A DNA stretch of 64,000 nt, from the NCBI GenBank assembly GCA_030265395.1, contig JARFYF010000050.1:17729051-17793050 (forward strand). The letters are read 5' to 3'. The notes beneath the pieces are model-generated. The model was not told the origin of the DNA. It did not search any database and was given only the letters and a program-made list of their open reading frames with translations. Source of the stretch: Rhina ancylostomus (Eukaryota). Both the position numbers and the translations under genes were made by a program. Each line of letters starts with the position of its first letter. Positions within the stretch are counted from its first letter, which is position 1. Of this stretch, positions 63,996 to 64,000 are shown one piece after another.

Positions 63996-64000
63996 AGTTT

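Overview
Eukaryotic (vertebrate) genomic DNA from a gapped draft assembly. The repeat families (HE1-like V-SINEs, CR1/HER1-like LINEs, Rex1/Babar LINEs, Deu-domain SINEs, Penelope remnants) point to an elasmobranch (shark/ray); this is an inference. The whole window lies inside one + strand gene, the Ig-superfamily adhesion molecule Sidekick-2 (sdk2). Eight GT-AG exons (1104 nt in total, 4533-62533) splice into one continuous frame covering the end of Ig2 through the start of Ig6. The rest is intron, largely decayed transposons; most six-frame ORFs are TE fragments, noise or N-runs. I see no CRISPR, RNA gene or prokaryote-type system. The best leads are: (1) a CpG-dense, promoter-like island in the 30.8 kb Ig2/Ig3 intron ending in ATG AAA G|GTAAGT, in frame with the next exon (possible short Sidekick isoform, or a young retroelement end); (2) a perfect 31-bp hairpin inside an old LINE tail; (3) an 82-bp direct repeat bracketing one exon; (4) inverted Rex/Babar copies around a symmetric exon; (5) degenerate Penelope hammerhead-ribozyme motifs. 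Repeat boundaries are approximate, and homology calls are from recollection, not database searches.
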